Shown: positions 1 through 13,960, counted from the whole stretch's first letter. The stretch is DNA of 63,918 nucleotides, filler included, from Octopus bimaculoides (GCF_001194135.2; 5 parts of 5 records of this genome joined end to end with filler, not necessarily neighbours in it), one strand, 5' to 3'. Made by a program: numbers and translations. Notes: generated from the sequence alone by a model not told the origin.

Positions 1-120
1 AGGGAGAGAGAGGAGAAGGGAGAGAGAGGAGAAGGGAGAGAGAGGAGAAGGGAGAGAGAGGAGAAGGGAGAGAGAGGAGAAGGGAGAGAGAGGAGAAGGG
101 AGAGAGAGGAGAAGGGAGAG
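1..120. repeat. Purine-only minisatellite, 16-bp unit AGGGAGAGAGAGGAGA, about 7 copies (runs off the window start)
   Basis: Exact tandem unit read directly from the sequence. Confidence 0.95.
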
Positions 121-1311
121 AAAGAGACCGAGAAAAAGAGAAACTAGGTCTTTATGTGCATATATACAATATCGACTATTTATGCATGCATCTATGTATA
201 GGTATATGTATTATGTACGTATGTATGTATATATATATGTGTATCTGCATATGTGTGTGTGTGTGTATGTTACGTACATATGAAGCATATTTACGTATGT
301 GTATAAGTGAGTGTATGGTTTCATTTGCTTGGTGACTCTTCATTCGAATGTCACTTCAATAGATCCAGATATAGAAAATGCCTTGGTTGTGTCTAACATA
401 TCGTTTATTGTTCCAGTAATGGACTAAACCTTTATATATGATGCTTGGTGAATCGAATGACAGAAATCTTATTTTCCTTCTTAAAGAACCCCGGGCACTT
501 TAGATTGCTTTGTGAATATTTGTTATTGTTTTTCTTTTTTATACGAATGAGTAGATGTAGACATTATTAGCTTTAACATTATTATTTGTTACCAATTCTG
601 CAGCTTAAGTCGAGACTTTCCATTCAGCTTTCTTAAACAACCAACTTCCAGTGCAATAAATGTCGGAACAATATTAGCATTATTATGTTTTCACTTACTG
701 CAGGGGTTTTCTTCCCCAGTAGGAATGCTTTATCAATATCATGCTATCAATATTTTCACGTTGCAATAGTTTGAATATCCCTTGATTTTCCCACCACTCT
801 TACTTTCTCTCCTCCCCCTCTCTCTCTCTCTTCCTCTGTGGCTTTTGTTATTCCTACCCTGTTTTGAAATGGTATAGACATATTCATTCAAGCGTGACCT
901 ATCGTTTATTCACAAGCCTATAAAACATTTTTTAACTCTTGTCTTGTTATCGGATATATTGTTATATAGAGATATATTTATGTATAATACCCTTTTTATA
1001 ATATAACTTTTCTATTATATATGTGTATGATACTGAATGACTCGCCGAACGTCTATGTATTTGTGGGTAGTTCTTTGAGTGTGTATATGTGTCTGTGTTT
1101 CATTTTCGTAAATATACTACCAGAGGATTCCTTAGCAAGTGATGAAATCCCAAAGTATGTAACAGATCGTGTTATTTTAATATTTACTAAGCGACTACAA
1201 TTTATATATGTATGCACACACACACAAACCCAAACACATGTGTATCTTTGTGCACATAAGCGTTTGTATATGCACGTTTTTGTAAGTACATATGTGTAAA
1301 TATGTTTATGC

Positions 1312-1345
<34 letters not shown>

Positions 1346-1981
1346 CTACCAAAGTCATTGTTATAGTTTTAGTTCTCTTACACTACACATTTCCATAGTA
1401 AATCAGGAACAGAGCTTATTGCATTACTAATGAGCAACAAACCAGCGACCATTCGATAAGTAGTACTTAATCATTTAAACTATTTTAGTAACAATAAATA
1501 CAAATTACGAGAATAAATTTACAAAATTTATTTTGATATTTCACATTTGAACTGTGTGTGATATGCAATAGAATTACGTCAGTAATCTGGTGGCAGTGAT
1601 ACAACGAAAATTTTAACACTCAGTAAATAAGTGAAAACAGAAAATATGATTTGTGTGTAATTAAATTGGTGAAAATATCTCTTACGCGATGTAGTTACTT
1701 TATTTTAATGTAAATTAATTAACGTATTTGACCCCGAAATAGTTTATACGGGAAAAAATCCAAACTTTTTTTTTCTGCAATTCTACTCTAAACGAAAATT
1801 ATTCCCCGGCCACTTGCCAATTTACAGTTTATTGTGTGCAAGAATTTAATTAATTTTCTGCCAAAGCAACATTGTCAGAAATTACATTTCTTTGACAAAT
1901 TCCCAAAGAAATTTATTTCTCTGTTCAACCATTAATATTCCCTTGTCTACTGTCTTATTAAGTATATAATTTTCTTTTCTT

Positions 1982-2036
<55 letters not shown>

Positions 2037-2764
2037 NNNNNNNNNNNNNNNNNNNNNNNNNNNNNNNNNNNNNNNNNNNNNNNNNNNNNNNNNNNNNNNN
2101 NNNNNNNNNNNNNNNNNNNNNNNNNNNNNNNNNNNNNNNNNNNNNNNNNNNNNNNNNNNNNNNNNNNNNNNNNNNNNNNNNNNNNNNNNNNNNNNNNNNN
2201 NNNNNNNNNNNNNNNNNNNNNNNNNNNNNNNNNNNNNNNNNNNNNNNNNNNNNNNNNNNNNNNNNNNNNNNNNNNNNNNNNNNNNNNNNNNNNNNNNNNN
2301 NNNNNNNNNNNNNNNNNNNNNNNNNNNNNNNNNNNNNNNNNNNNNNNNNNNNNNNNNNNNNNNNNNNNNNNNNNNNNNNNNNNNNNNNNNNNNNNNNNNN
2401 NNNNNNNNNNNNNNNNNNNNNNNNNNNNNNNNNNCTACATTTTTTCGTGCAGCTGAAGATTGCTCTTCATATTGCATTTAAGGTAATGCTCACATTACTT
2501 AAATAAATTGAAGTAGCATGAAACGTGCGTACTGCAATCACTTTTGAAATCCGTGTCGCTTATTATTTGATTTTAATCACCCATCCTTTTGGGATGTGAA
2601 ATTCGGGTGCCTTCGCATAAGTACCATATTCAAGCCTTGAATCTATATATATATATATATATATATATCAGGGTAATAAGGAATTTTTTTAGAACTTTCC
2701 TACTACCAGTGACCTAGCATGTAAAAAAAATTAGTCAATAGACTTTATATTATTCATATAAATA

Positions 2765-3354
2765 CAATGTACATTTAAACACATAAGAGGTATCCGTCAT
2801 AGGATTTCTTGCACGATAGAAGAAGCAGCCAAAATCCAAACAACTATTAGGGATAAAACTACGAAGAAAATGAAAAATAAAAACATTTACCATCTATCTC
2901 CTGGACCATGGTTTCAGAACTTTTTTTAGCAAATAAAATAATTTGCTAGGCGAAGTCTTCAATAGCAGGTACGCCAAGATTAAAATATATAAGTACGAGA
3001 CAATCCAGCATATGTCCCATGCTTATACATTATAATTTTTCGAATCCACCGCGCAAGCGCAATTTTTTGTCGGCAGCAAATAAAATAAAATAAAATAATG
3101 CTGGCGTTTCTTCGAACATTTATTTTATTTTATTTGCTGCCGACAAAAAAACTGCGCTTGCGCAGCGGATTTGAAAAATTATTATTTTATTTGCTAAAAA
3201 AAAGTCCTGAAACCATGGTCAAGAAGATAGATGGTTTTTATTTTTCATCCCCCACCCCCGAAGTTTTATCCCTAATAGTCGTTTGGATATTGGCTGTTCC
3301 TTCTAGCGTGCAAGGAATCCTATGACGGATACCTCTTATGTGTTTAAACGTACA

Positions 3355-3357
<3 letters not shown>
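2765..3357. mobile_element. Tc1/mariner-type non-autonomous foldback element (MITE)
   Basis: Termini CAATGTACATTTAAACACATAAGAGGTATCCGTCATAGG and CCTATGACGGATACCTCTTATGTGTTTAAACGTACACTG are inverted. TA flanks both ends (2763-64, 3358-59). A second inner palindrome spans about 3030-3095 / 3118-3185. Confidence 0.85.
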
Positions 3358-3407
<50 letters not shown>

Positions 3408-3410
3408 CAT

Positions 3411-3566
3411 ACGACGGGCTTCCTTCAGTTTCCATCAAGCAAATCTACTCACAGGGCTTTGGTCGGCCCGAAGTTATAGTAGAAGACACTTGCCCAAGGT
3501 GTCACGCAGTGGAACTGAACCCGGAACCATGTGGTTGGGAAGTAAGGTTCTTACCACACAGCCACT
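3411..3566 (-). mobile_element. tRNA-derived SINE, family B (ACCTTGGGCAAGTGTCTTCTACTATA core)
   Basis: Reverse complement matches copies at 9603, 20015, 36305 and 57985. A box-B-like GGTTCAGTTCC is present, with a (TA)n tail. Confidence 0.85.
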
Positions 3567-3881
3567 GTATGTACGTATGTATGTATGTATGTATATATGT
3601 ATGTATCCAAACTGAGGGAGAGGAGCAGGTAAAGTTAAGGTTACATATGTTTCCTAGCTAGCAGATCCTCTGATGTAATAATTACTCAACGAGGGGTAGT
3701 CAGCCAGCTACTCATCAGGCCGAAGATATGATCAACTTCGATATGGGAAAAGAATACAACCTTCGACGCCAATAAATTATTATTGTTTCTGAAGGTTGTT
3801 TTTATACCTACCACGGACTGCTCGAAGCTTACAAACTTTGTACGCTTAAATTTTTTAATGTTATAATTACTTATCGATAAT

Positions 3882-3947
<66 letters not shown>

Positions 3948-5436
3948 AAAAGAAAGCGAACTTGGCTTGCAGATTTCATAAAGCAGTTGACAAGATAGCC
4001 TACAGAATTTAGTTCCGCTTTTATTTTCAATTCTTCTATAGGCGCCGATTTTAACTTTTATTGTGTGATTTATTTGATTTCAACTAATAAGTTTACATTG
4101 TCAGTTGAGCTCGGTTTAACAATACTGCTCAATTTTGCTGTTCCGTCCTCTCAAACCTAACTGGTCTATATTTTTCTTAGGTCAATTCAGCTTGTCATTC
4201 CGTTGTGTTATTTTGTCGATCAGTAATGTTCTCCATAGTATTGATAACTCCCAACGGTTTAACGGATAGATTGTTGGAAAAGCTGTTTATTTCCTTACAC
4301 ACTGAGTCGAAATTATGATACAATATATAATTCCGTTCTGTTCTTAATTACATTATAAATTATATCTCAAAATATAACAATAATTAAGAAAAAGCACCTA
4401 AAGATTAGCAGAAAACTTTAATTGCTTATGGCTGTATATCTATATTAATTCTATACTTACTTTCACAAGTTGCTTTCCTTATCTGTTAAAACGGTAATTA
4501 GTTACATTCGTTTATTTTAGAAAATGCCTTCATGAAAGTTTAATCAGAGGCAGCGCAGTCTCTATGACTGACAAATTTTCTGTAACTGACAGGAAGAAGG
4601 AAGTCAGTCCGAATACTTAAAACAAAACCTACGAAAGGCTATCAAACTTTATATTCATCAGTGAGCATACATCAAACAATATTTTCTGACCTGATAACTC
4701 ATAAAGCCTTGTGAAAATGATCAATAACTTCAGCTTTCCTGGAAATGAAAGAAAATCATTTTGAACAATATGGTGTTTAAAGGATTTCATAATTTCCTTT
4801 TTATCAAATTTTTCCAAATCAATCCTTGTCTGTTTGCAATTAACAGGTATCCCTAGTCGCTGAGATTACACAACTTAACCACTTTACTAACAACCTGAGC
4901 CCAATAAAACAACAATAGATAAACTTAGTGGTGAAACAACCTCATTTATAGCTATGTTTAGGAAATGCTGTTGTTACTACTGCTCTATTCAGCATGGCAG
5001 GCGTTAATTAGATATTAGCATCGTTTAAACTAAATATATCACATGTGACACCAGCCAGCTTACTGCTAAACTATTAAGACTAAAGCTGAAAATCTAATAT
5101 TTAAAATAAAACCAGTCTGAGTAAAATCGTTATCTGCCTCTACCCTAGAGTTTTACGTATTCTGAAAGATCGGCCGTCTAAAAGGCTGCTTGTATGTAAT
5201 CAAAACATCTCAAACACTGCTATTCGTTCGTTTCTTACATTATTAACGATTTATGGTGGCCATGCTATATAGTTCTTTATCTGAACTCAACACAACCACA
5301 TTTAAATGCATGTATGATTCTCCTACATATGATAATAAATTCACAACCCATCTCGTATTTATATAAACTTTATGATTTGGATTTATAAAGTATAGTTAAC
5401 TTTATAATTATCTTTAACAACTTCTTTATCTTTTAT

Positions 5437-5712
5437 CCATCAGAATAATGCTCATCCACATACAGTGTGTATGACATTCCAAAAGCTGGAGCAGTTTGAA
5501 TGGGAAACGATGCCCCACCCACCATATTCGCCGGACATTGCCCCATCTGATTATCATTCATTCCACAGTTTGGACGAAAAAAATATGATTACTGTAGATG
5601 AAGTCAGAACAGCACTGGAGGAGTATGCTAAGTCTAGGATAAGTAAATTTTGAAAGAGGGGCCTTACTAGTGTACCAGATAGATAGAAGAGTATTGTAGA
5701 AAATGAACGAGA
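5437..5712 (+). pseudogene. mariner transposase C-terminal fragment
   Basis: HQNNAHPHT...WETMPHPPYSPDIAPSDYH matches the mariner HDNARPH and YSPDLAPSD motifs. Stops follow. Confidence 0.9.
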
Positions 5713-5759
5713 TGTGACAATTATTCGGTTGCCATAATAAAACTCCGAATTGGGGTTTA

Positions 5760-7122
5760 GTGTCCAATTTTAATTTAACTCGATTTCGATTTCACTTGCC
5801 CCAGCAGGCCTACGCAGTGAAGTTTAGTGTCCAATTTCGATTTCACTTGCCTCAACAGGTCTTCACAAGTGGAATTTAGTGTCCTATGAAGGAAGGAAGG
5901 TACGCATAAGTGGACTGGCTGGGCCTTAGATTTAGGTCTCACTTGGCTTGCCGGGTCTTCTCGCGTACAGTATATTTCCAAAGGTCTTGCTCAGAAATCA
6001 TCGCCTCGGTGAGGCCCAATGTTCGAAGGTCGTGCCTTACCACCTCGTCCCAGGTCTTCCTGGGCCTACCTCTTCCACAGGTTCCCTCAACTGCTAAGGT
6101 GTGGCACTTTTTCACACAGCTACCCTCATCCATTCTCGCTACATGACCATACCAGCGCAGTCGTCTCTCTTGCACACTACAACTGATGCTTCGTAAGTTC
6201 AACTTTTCTCTCAAGGTACTGATACTCTGTCTAGTATGCACACTGACATTACACATCCATCGGAGCATACTGGCTTCATTCCTTGCGAGTCTACGCATGT
6301 CCTCAGCAGTCACGGCCCATGTTTCACTGCCATGANNNNNNNNNNNNNNNNNNNNNNNNNNNNNNNNNNNNNNNNNNNNNNNNNNNAACCACTTCTAGTT
6401 TTTCTCCCTGGAATGTGGCAGAAGTTGTTTTGTGCACATTCCCAGTATTTATAGCTCCAGAACATCTGCTGCAAACAAAAACTAACTTCCTAGTTAACCT
6501 TCCTTTGATATTGCTGCACCTCTTATGCGTCCATAGCTTGCATTGGGTGCATCTTATAGAGTTACTTCCCACTCCTTTTCTACAGATCGAGCAGGGCCAT
6601 CTACCCGAAGGGGTTTGTGTTTTATCTGCCTTCCTACTTATGAGGACTTTGGTTTTAGCTAGGTTGACTCTAAGGCCCTTCGATTCTAGTCCTTGCTTCC
6701 ATACCTGAAACTTCTCCTCTAATTGTGATAGTGACTCAGCAATTATTGCAAGGTCATCAGTATAGTAGAGCTCCCAGGGGCATCCTGTCCTGAATTCCTC
6801 TGTTATAGCCTGGAGAACTATGATAAATAGGAGGGGGCTGAGGACAGAACCTTGGTGGACCCCTACCTCCACCCGGAATTCTTTACTGTACTCTCTGCCA
6901 ACCCTCACCTTACTGACAGAGTTTCTGTACATGGCTCGCACAGCTCTCTCTAACCATTCTTCTATCCCAAGTTTCCTCATTGACCACCAGATGAGAGATC
7001 GGGGGACCCTGTCAAAGGCTTTCTCCATATCAACGAAAGCCAGGATCAGAGGTTTATCCTTGGCTAGGTATTTCTCCTGAAGCTGTCTTACCAGAAATAT
7101 AGCATCAGTGGTGCTTTTCCCA
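5760..7122 (-). mobile_element. RTE-clade LINE: RT domain, C-terminus and a repetitive 3' UTR
   Basis: EKAFDRVPRSLIWW, GVHQGSVLSPLLFIIV, LYYTDDL and RRLRWYGHVARM...GRGRPRKTW. The 3' UTR has tandem GGACACTAAA...GGCAAGTGAAATCGAAAT units. The element is gapped. Confidence 0.95.
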
Positions 7123-8053
7123 NNNNNNNNNNNNNNNNNNNNNNNNNNNNNNNNNNNNNNNNNNNNNNNNNNNNNNNNNNNNNNNNNNNNNNNNNNNNNN
7201 NNNNNNNNNNNNNNNNNNNNNNNNNNNNNNNNNNNNNNNNNNNNNNNNNNNNNNNNNNNNNNNNNNNNNNNNNNNNNNNNNNNNNNNNNNNNNNNNNNNN
7301 NNNNNNNNNNNNNNNNNNNNNNNNNNNNNNNNNNNNNNNNNNNNNNNNNNNNNNNNNNNNNNNNNNNNNNNNNNNNNNNNNNNNNNNNNNNNNNNNNNNN
7401 NNNNNNNNNNNNNNNNNNNNNNNNNNNNNNNNNNNNNNNNNNNNNNNNNNNNNNNNNNNNNNNNNNNNNNNNNNNNNNNNNNNNNNNNNNNNNNNNNNNN
7501 NNNNNNNNNNNNNNNNNNNNNNNNNNNNNNNNNNNNNNNNNNNNNNNNNNNNNNNNNNNNNNNNNNNNNNNNNNNNNNNNNNNNNNNNNNNNNNNNNNNN
7601 NNNNNNNNNNNNNNNNNNNNNNNNNNNNNNNNNNNNNNNNNNNNNNNNNNNNNNNNNNNNNNNNNNNNNNNNNNNNNNNNNNNNNNNNNNNNNNNNNNNN
7701 NNNNNNNNNNNNNNNNNNNNNNNNNNNNNNNNNNNNNNNNNNNNNNNNNNNNNNNNNNNNNNNNNNNNNNNNNNNNNNNNNNNNNNNNNNNNNNNNNNNN
7801 NNNNNNNNNNNNNNNNNNNNNNNNNNNNNNNNNNNNNNNNNNNNNNNNNNNNNNNNNNNNNNNNNNNNNNNNNNNNNNNNNNNNNNNNNNNNNNNNNNNN
7901 NNNNNNNNNNNNNNNNNNNNNNNNNNNNNNNNNNNNNNNNNNNNNNNNNNNNNNNNNNNNNNNNNNNNNNNNNNNNNNNNNNNNNNNNNNNNNNNNNNNN
8001 NNNNNNNNNNNNNNNNNNNNNNNNNNNNNNNNNNNNNNNNNNNNNNNNNNNNN

Positions 8054-8110
<57 letters not shown>

Positions 8111-8164
8111 ATGTATGTGTGCGTGTGCGTGTGTGTGTATATCGTGAGCTTGAGGGGGTGGGTA

Positions 8165-8295
8165 TGAGTCGATTATATCGACCCCAGTGTTCGACTGGTA
8201 CTTAATTTATCAATCCCAAAAGGATGAAAGGCAAAGTCAAACTCGGTGGAATTAGAACTTAGAACGTAGTGGTAGGCGAAATAATGCTAAGCATA
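8165..8295 (-). mobile_element. tRNA-derived SINE, family A (GACTTTGCCTTTCATCCTTTCGGGGTCGAT central domain)
   Basis: Reverse complement matches the full copy at 57752-57981. Confidence 0.8.
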
Positions 8296-8369
8296 TTTAT
8301 GTATTAAATAATATTTCTAATTTTTCGTATATTTTAACGCTGTCTGTGAATCCTTTCTATAACGTCATG

Positions 8370-8762
8370 CTCACTACTGCTAAAAGCCTGTTCCTCCGTC
8401 GGCTACGACAACGAGTGTTCCAGTTGATCTGATCAACGGAACAGTCTGCTCGTGAAGGTAACATGCATCTGACTGAGCACTCCACAGACACTCAACCTCA
8501 ACGTAGTTCTCGGGGAGATTCAGTGTGACACAGAATGTGACAAGGTTAGTTTTTTTGAATGACAGGTACAACAGTGTGACACAGAATGTGACAAGGTTAG
8601 TTTTTTTGAATGACAGGTACAACTTATATTTGTCAGCTGAGTGAACTGGAACAACGTCAAACAAAGTGTCTTGCTGAAGGAAACTATTCGCCACCGGGGT
8701 TCGAACTCACGACTTAACAATCGTGAGCCGAATGCCTAAAACCACTAACCCACGCGCCATCA
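8370..8762 (-). mobile_element. tRNA-derived SINE, family C, with an internal 51-bp tandem duplication
   Basis: The minus strand starts GGCGCGTGGGTTAGTGG (box A-like)...GAGTTCGAACCCC (box B-like), then GCAAGACACT. AGTGTGACACAGAATGTGACAAGGTTAGTTTTTTTGAATGACAGGTACAAC occurs twice at about 8522-8623. Confidence 0.8.
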
Positions 8763-9168
8763 CTTCACTGTCATATACACACAAAAAACACATGCGTGAA
8801 TGTGTGTATACGTATATGTGTACGTGCTTGTGTATGTATGTGTGTAAAGGTATATTTACGTATATACACATTCCTAATGTTTTTTTTTTAAGAAAACAAG
8901 ATCAGATTGTTGTAATCAATAAGACTTCATCTTTCTGTATACAGTTTTGGTGCAGAAAAATGAATCCCTATCATAGAGTAATATGAAAGTTTCTTTGTCG
9001 ACCTATCTTATATCAACCCCAAAAAAATTATCGTGAGCATCAAAATTCTTTTTTATTTAAAATATAATAAAAACCTTATTATCATTTAATCTGCATCTTG
9101 ACTAGCGAGTTTATCTTTCAAAATACAGGTAGGGACATATAATGCTACATATATATAGATATATACAT

Positions 9169-9205
<37 letters not shown>

Positions 9206-9546
9206 TATATATACAGCATGCATACATATATGTGTACATATATAAATATATAGAGAGAGACACACACACACGCACACATTTCTATATACAAACATATATG
9301 TAACTATATGTATATATATATATAAGAATATATTTGTACTCTACCAAATTTTGTTAGTATTCCTTCAATTTAATGTAAGTTTGTTTTTTTTATCCGAACA
9401 TAAACCAACTCTAATATATATATGTATATATATATATAAGAATATATTTGTACTCTACCAAATTTTGTTAGTATTCCTTCAATTTAATGTAAGTTTGTTT
9501 TTNNNNNNNNNNNNNNNNNNNNNNNNNNNNNNNNNNNNNNNNNNNN

Positions 9547-9558
9547 TTAATTAATTAA
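9547..9558. other. Assembly spacer TTAATTAATTAA between N blocks (also at about 19655, 43501, 59289)
   Basis: The identical 12-mer is flanked on both sides by N runs at four places, so it is a scaffolding marker and not biology. Confidence 0.9.
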
Positions 9559-9602
9559 NNNNNNNNNNNNNNNNNNNNNNNNNNNNNNNNNNNNNNNNNN
9601 NN

Positions 9603-9842
9603 TCAGTCCCACTGCGTGGAACCTTGGGCAAGTGTTTTCTACTATAGCCTCGAGCCGACCAAAGCCTTCTGAGTAGATTTGGTAGAAGGAAAGTGAAAGA
9701 AGCCCATCGTATATACGTGTTTTTCTTATATATATATACAAGGCTTTGGTCGGCCCGAGGCTATAGTAGAAGACACTTGCCCAAGGCGCTACGCAATGAG
9801 ACTGAACCCAGAAATATGTCGTTGGTAAGCAAGCCACCTACC
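9603..9842. mobile_element. Inverted pair of family B SINEs (+ copy 9603-9712, - copy about 9740-9842)
   Basis: ACCTTGGGCAAGTGTTTTCTACTATAGCCTCGAGCCGACCAAAGCC versus GGCTTTGGTCGGCCCGAGGCTATAGTAGAAGACACTTGCCCAAGG. Confidence 0.85.
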
Positions 9843-10559
9843 GTTGTATATTTAATGTAGGGAACAAAATTCTAATTAGAAATACTATTCCGTTGAGGAA
9901 ACGCAACGCTATTATTTGCATGAGCAAATTCATTGGATTTGTGTTAAAAGTATGGGAGACAATTCCAAACATGCTTTGGTTTTATTTGACCTTCTTAGGA
10001 AAACATTTTCGCAGCAGTAGAGATGTCATTTGCTTGTCCTCACCGCATAAATTACTTAAGTTATGATATTGATAATCATTATATTTAATGTAGCATAGCA
10101 TTTACATATCTATTGTAATGCAGATTAATTATTTTATTGATGCTTATTTATTATTATATCAATTCTTCTGACCAACTATTGTATAATATTGCCTATCTAC
10201 TTCGTTATTCTCTCTTCATTATCTCAAGAATATGAAGTAGTGTATGTGAAATAAATGACGGAATATACAGAGCGTGAACGTATTTTTAATCACAGATGAA
10301 GTTGTAAGCATATATCTTGGTTATGTACATACAATAGGTAGGTGAAAGACCTGGTACAAGCTACGTTGTAAAGACAGAAAATAGAAAAACGTGAATTTCT
10401 ATACCGTAAATTCCATTATCTAATATCTTCGAGACAGATAACAGATTTGAAAAGGTCAGCGTTAACACATCTAACGCTGTTAACAAATGAATCTGTATTC
10501 ATTAACATCGCACTTGTTGTGAAGAGTTTCTTTAGATAAATGATGAAACCTGTTAAAGT

Positions 10560-10860
10560 AATGTAGAGTTACAGGCGCAAAATATTAATCAATTAGGATT
10601 AACAATAAAGATAGAGCAATGTTTGTGGATATTAAGATTGAAGCAGTACTATGATGTATTTGGACATCTTTGTGTGTTATCAAACCTTCGCAACGAAATA
10701 TGTCTCTGGTTTCTGTGATATATACAAAAAGCGACTGAAAATAATAAAGTAAAATTTGTGTTGGGAAAAATAAAAGCAATAAATGTTTACATCTTTTGTG
10801 ATGAAGCAACTGGCTGCAACTTATGAGAAACATAAACAACGCCTTCTTATTTACTACAGC
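10560..10860 (+). pseudogene. Possible highly decayed hAT-type transposase fragment
   Basis: QYYDVFGHLCVLSNL...KVKFVLGKIK loosely resembles the hAT LAYLxDIFxxLNxLN...KIxAF region. The match is weak. Confidence 0.2.
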
Positions 10861-11237
10861 AGGAATTGGTAGGAGCGAGAATTTTTGAGTGAGAAGAGAA
10901 CAGAAAACAAGAATAAAAGGTGGAAGAAAACTTGGCACGTCTGAGGTAGAGATGAAAATTTAAATTAGACTGGGAGCTGAAGAAAAAATGGAAATATCGC
11001 ATGAATGAGTAGACAGCCGTTGCTGATAGTTGAATGCAAATATTAAGGACTCTATACTTGAAACAAAAAACGAAAATTCAATTACATAAATACATAAAGA
11101 TGATATGATATGCTATATCCTACCAAAATCAAATTTGCTTCACCAAGGAAAAAAACTCCATAATATAGACTACTGGCAAAACAATTCTTTCCCTTGCAAT
11201 ACAGCGACCATTGAAACAACAGATTGCAATCTTACAG

Positions 11238-11281
<44 letters not shown>

Positions 11282-12454
11282 TGATAAAAGGAGATACATG
11301 AACACGGTAAGGTGTAGCTGTCTTATATTCTTCCTTATTTGTTGTCTTATAATTCATGTTCAATATTAGAATGATTTTTATCTATTTCTCATTTGTAAAA
11401 ATGTTTTTTTTTTATTTCACATTCCAGACGCCTTTCTTTATTTTCATATATTATATACTTCTGTATATGGGGGGCGTGGATTGTGTAGTTATATATGTAT
11501 GTATGCATGTATGTTTATATAAAGATTTATCTGTCTGTCTGTCTGTCTGTCTTAATCAGTCAATCAATCTATCTATCTATCTACAAATTAAAAGGGTAAA
11601 GGTTTATCAATTTATTAATTTATTAATAAATCAACAATTAATAATTTTTACCAAGCCCTTCGGTATGTAAGCACCATTATCGGTGGAGAACTTATTTAAA
11701 AGTTCATATACATTTATAATCATAATTAACGGATCAGCAAATATTTGCTTCACCACATGTGTATCTATCTATCTATCTAGCTATCTATTTATCTATCTAC
11801 ACACGTACATTTATACATGCATACACATACACGCACGCGCACGCGCATACATACATACTTACTTATTTACACACGCACCCCTGCATGTGTATGTAGGTGT
11901 TTACACGTTTCTAATCGATAACAAAAGCAAGTATCACCTGCAACATTATTTTATTTTTCTTCAAAATAAATTTTACGAAACAGAACAGACAAATTCATAT
12001 AGAAATTAAGATTTCTTCTTCTGATTGTAGTTCTAAGTTAACTCCTATGATCACATATTACTATTTTACTTTGAAATTTATCAAAGTAGTTTTTTTCCCA
12101 CTTTCATTCTTTTATTTCCATTTTTTTTTGTATTTTTGTCTTCCTACAAATCAATTTTCTTCCTTCACTTCGATTTTTTTCTGAAAATGTCTCAACACAT
12201 TTATTTCTCGTTAACCTTTCCTACTATTATTACATTTTAAAAAAATACTCATTGATAGCTCAACGTATCTGCTTATTTTTAAATTTCTAGTTTCCAAATC
12301 TAGCAATGGTTTCTGTTTTCGGAAGAATTAGAACGAATATTGCAAGGAATGTTTCATGATGACGCTCCGAAGTTTCTTCCTGCTTGCCGCCCTATGTTTC
12401 CTAAAAATAACGGTTTCTAATTTATACACAAGGACAGCAGAGTTTAGATGAAGG

Positions 12455-12765
12455 AGTTACTCGATACCGTCGACCCTACTGCTTGACTGGTATGGCATCT
12501 TATTTTATCGATCCTGGAAGGATGAGGGATAAACTTCATCCAGGCAGGTATGGAACTCTGTATATGAAGAACCACAACAACATTGCAAGGCATTTTTTCC
12601 GACCTTCTAACGATTCTGCTAGCTCGCCGCACTATGTTTTCTACAAATAAGACAGTGAATTGGCAGAATCATTATTACACAGGACAAAATGCTGAACGGC
12701 ATTTCGTCCGTCTTTACGTTCTGCGTTCAGATTCCGTCAAGGTCAACGATTAGTTCCAATCCTCA
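12455..12765. mobile_element. Two divergent family A SINEs (- copy 12455-12632, + copy about 12650-12765); a further decayed - copy lies at about 12865-13000
   Basis: CTTATTTTATCGATCCTGGAAGGATGAG...CTAACGATTCTGCTAGCTCGCCGC and GGCAGAATCATT...AAATGCTGAACGGCATTTCGTCCGTC. Confidence 0.75.
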
Positions 12766-13289
12766 AAATTTCAGGCCTAATGCCTACAGTAGACAGGACT
12801 GTTTTTCCTACAAATAATGGGGCATGTTTTATGCATGACGTCAGCAGATTTTAGGGCTGGGGTAAGGGGGAGTTAGTCGATACCATAGACCACAGTGTTC
12901 GACTGGTGCATTATTTTCATTGACTCCGACCAAGTGAAATGCAAATGGATTCGGTAGGATTTCAGGTCAGAATGCAAAGAACCAAACCAAAAATCGTAAT
13001 GTATTTATTCTGATATGCTAATGAAGGGATCAGATTTCCTACAACTAACTGAAATAAACATTAACCCAATAGAAAAAAAGTAAGATTTTGCATCAATATA
13101 AATTTGAAAAATACAGAAGGCACTACATTTTCGTTTACTAAAAGAAAATATCAAAATCTGCTTCCTATGGGGTACTTTGACCATCGGAGGATAGAAGCTC
13201 AATTTTCTTCAAATCGAATCCGACATTTTACAAACATAAGTATCAAGAATGACAAAGGCGGTGCGGTAAACTCCAAAATGACCATCGAG

Positions 13290-13960
13290 TAATTTATAAA
13301 TGCCTCTGCATATACCCAGCATACTGTAGGGAATACTTTGATGAAGATTTTGTCACGCGTTTGAGACGAAAAAGCGATCAGAGTAAGCTGAGATTCATCA
13401 TCTTTTCAATACAATGGACCCAAGCCATTATTTTGAAAGGTCTCACACAGATTGTATTATAGAAAGATCTTTAACAGAATATCAATTTAATTATCATATA
13501 GCTGTTGCCTCAGTATGAAGAGCATCACTATTCGCAAGCACTACTAAGATCCCACTTTCAATTGTAACCATCGAAACCCTGGAGCTTGTCCACTTGATCA
13601 GAGGTGCATGATAAACTCCGTGAGAGATGACGTAAAAGTTACAGCAACGCTACAAGACAACCCAACTGAAAAGAAGAATTACATCGGGTTATGCAAAGGC
13701 AACTACAAATGTCGCTATGCTAACCACATATCTTCTTTCTGGCTAGCGTATGGGATCCAAAGACCAACTGCTCGCCACATACAATCAAGTGGAAAATCGT
13801 AAAATATCCGTGCAATAAGTTAATGGATTAAAAAAATGCAAGTCATGCGTATCTAATAGAACAAATATCCTTTTTTTATATTTAACAATTCCACCGAATT
13901 CCAGATCAAAAATGTTCACCAGATGCAACCAATATCGACAAGTTTCTTTCAGTGAATGGG
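13290..13960 (+). mobile_element. Penelope-like element relic (Neptune-type linker plus GIY-YIG endonuclease)
   Basis: KIFNRISI*LSYSCCLSMKSI, FNCNHRNPGACPLDQRC, NYIGLCKGNYKCRYANHISSF and IKWKIV. These are typical PLE linker, Zn-motif and GIY-YIG sequences. Confidence 0.85.

Noticed and set aside
1947-2477. Long ORFs spanning N runs (also 7108, 23327, 24851, 29758, 35580, 42302, 47579, 59893)
   Set aside because: They are open only because N codons are not stops.
2454-2483. Plus-strand 30-nt micro-exon candidate LKIALHIAFK
   Set aside because: It is too short, lies next to a gap and has no supporting context.
4692-4739. Minus-strand micro-exon candidate (TTTCATTTCCAG|GAAAGCTG...TCAG|GTCAGA)
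   Set aside because: Splice-like words occur by chance in AT-rich DNA, and there is no partner exon or recognisable protein.
9547-9558. Recurrent TTAATTAATTAA between N blocks as a conserved motif
   Set aside because: It is a scaffolding spacer, always flanked by Ns.
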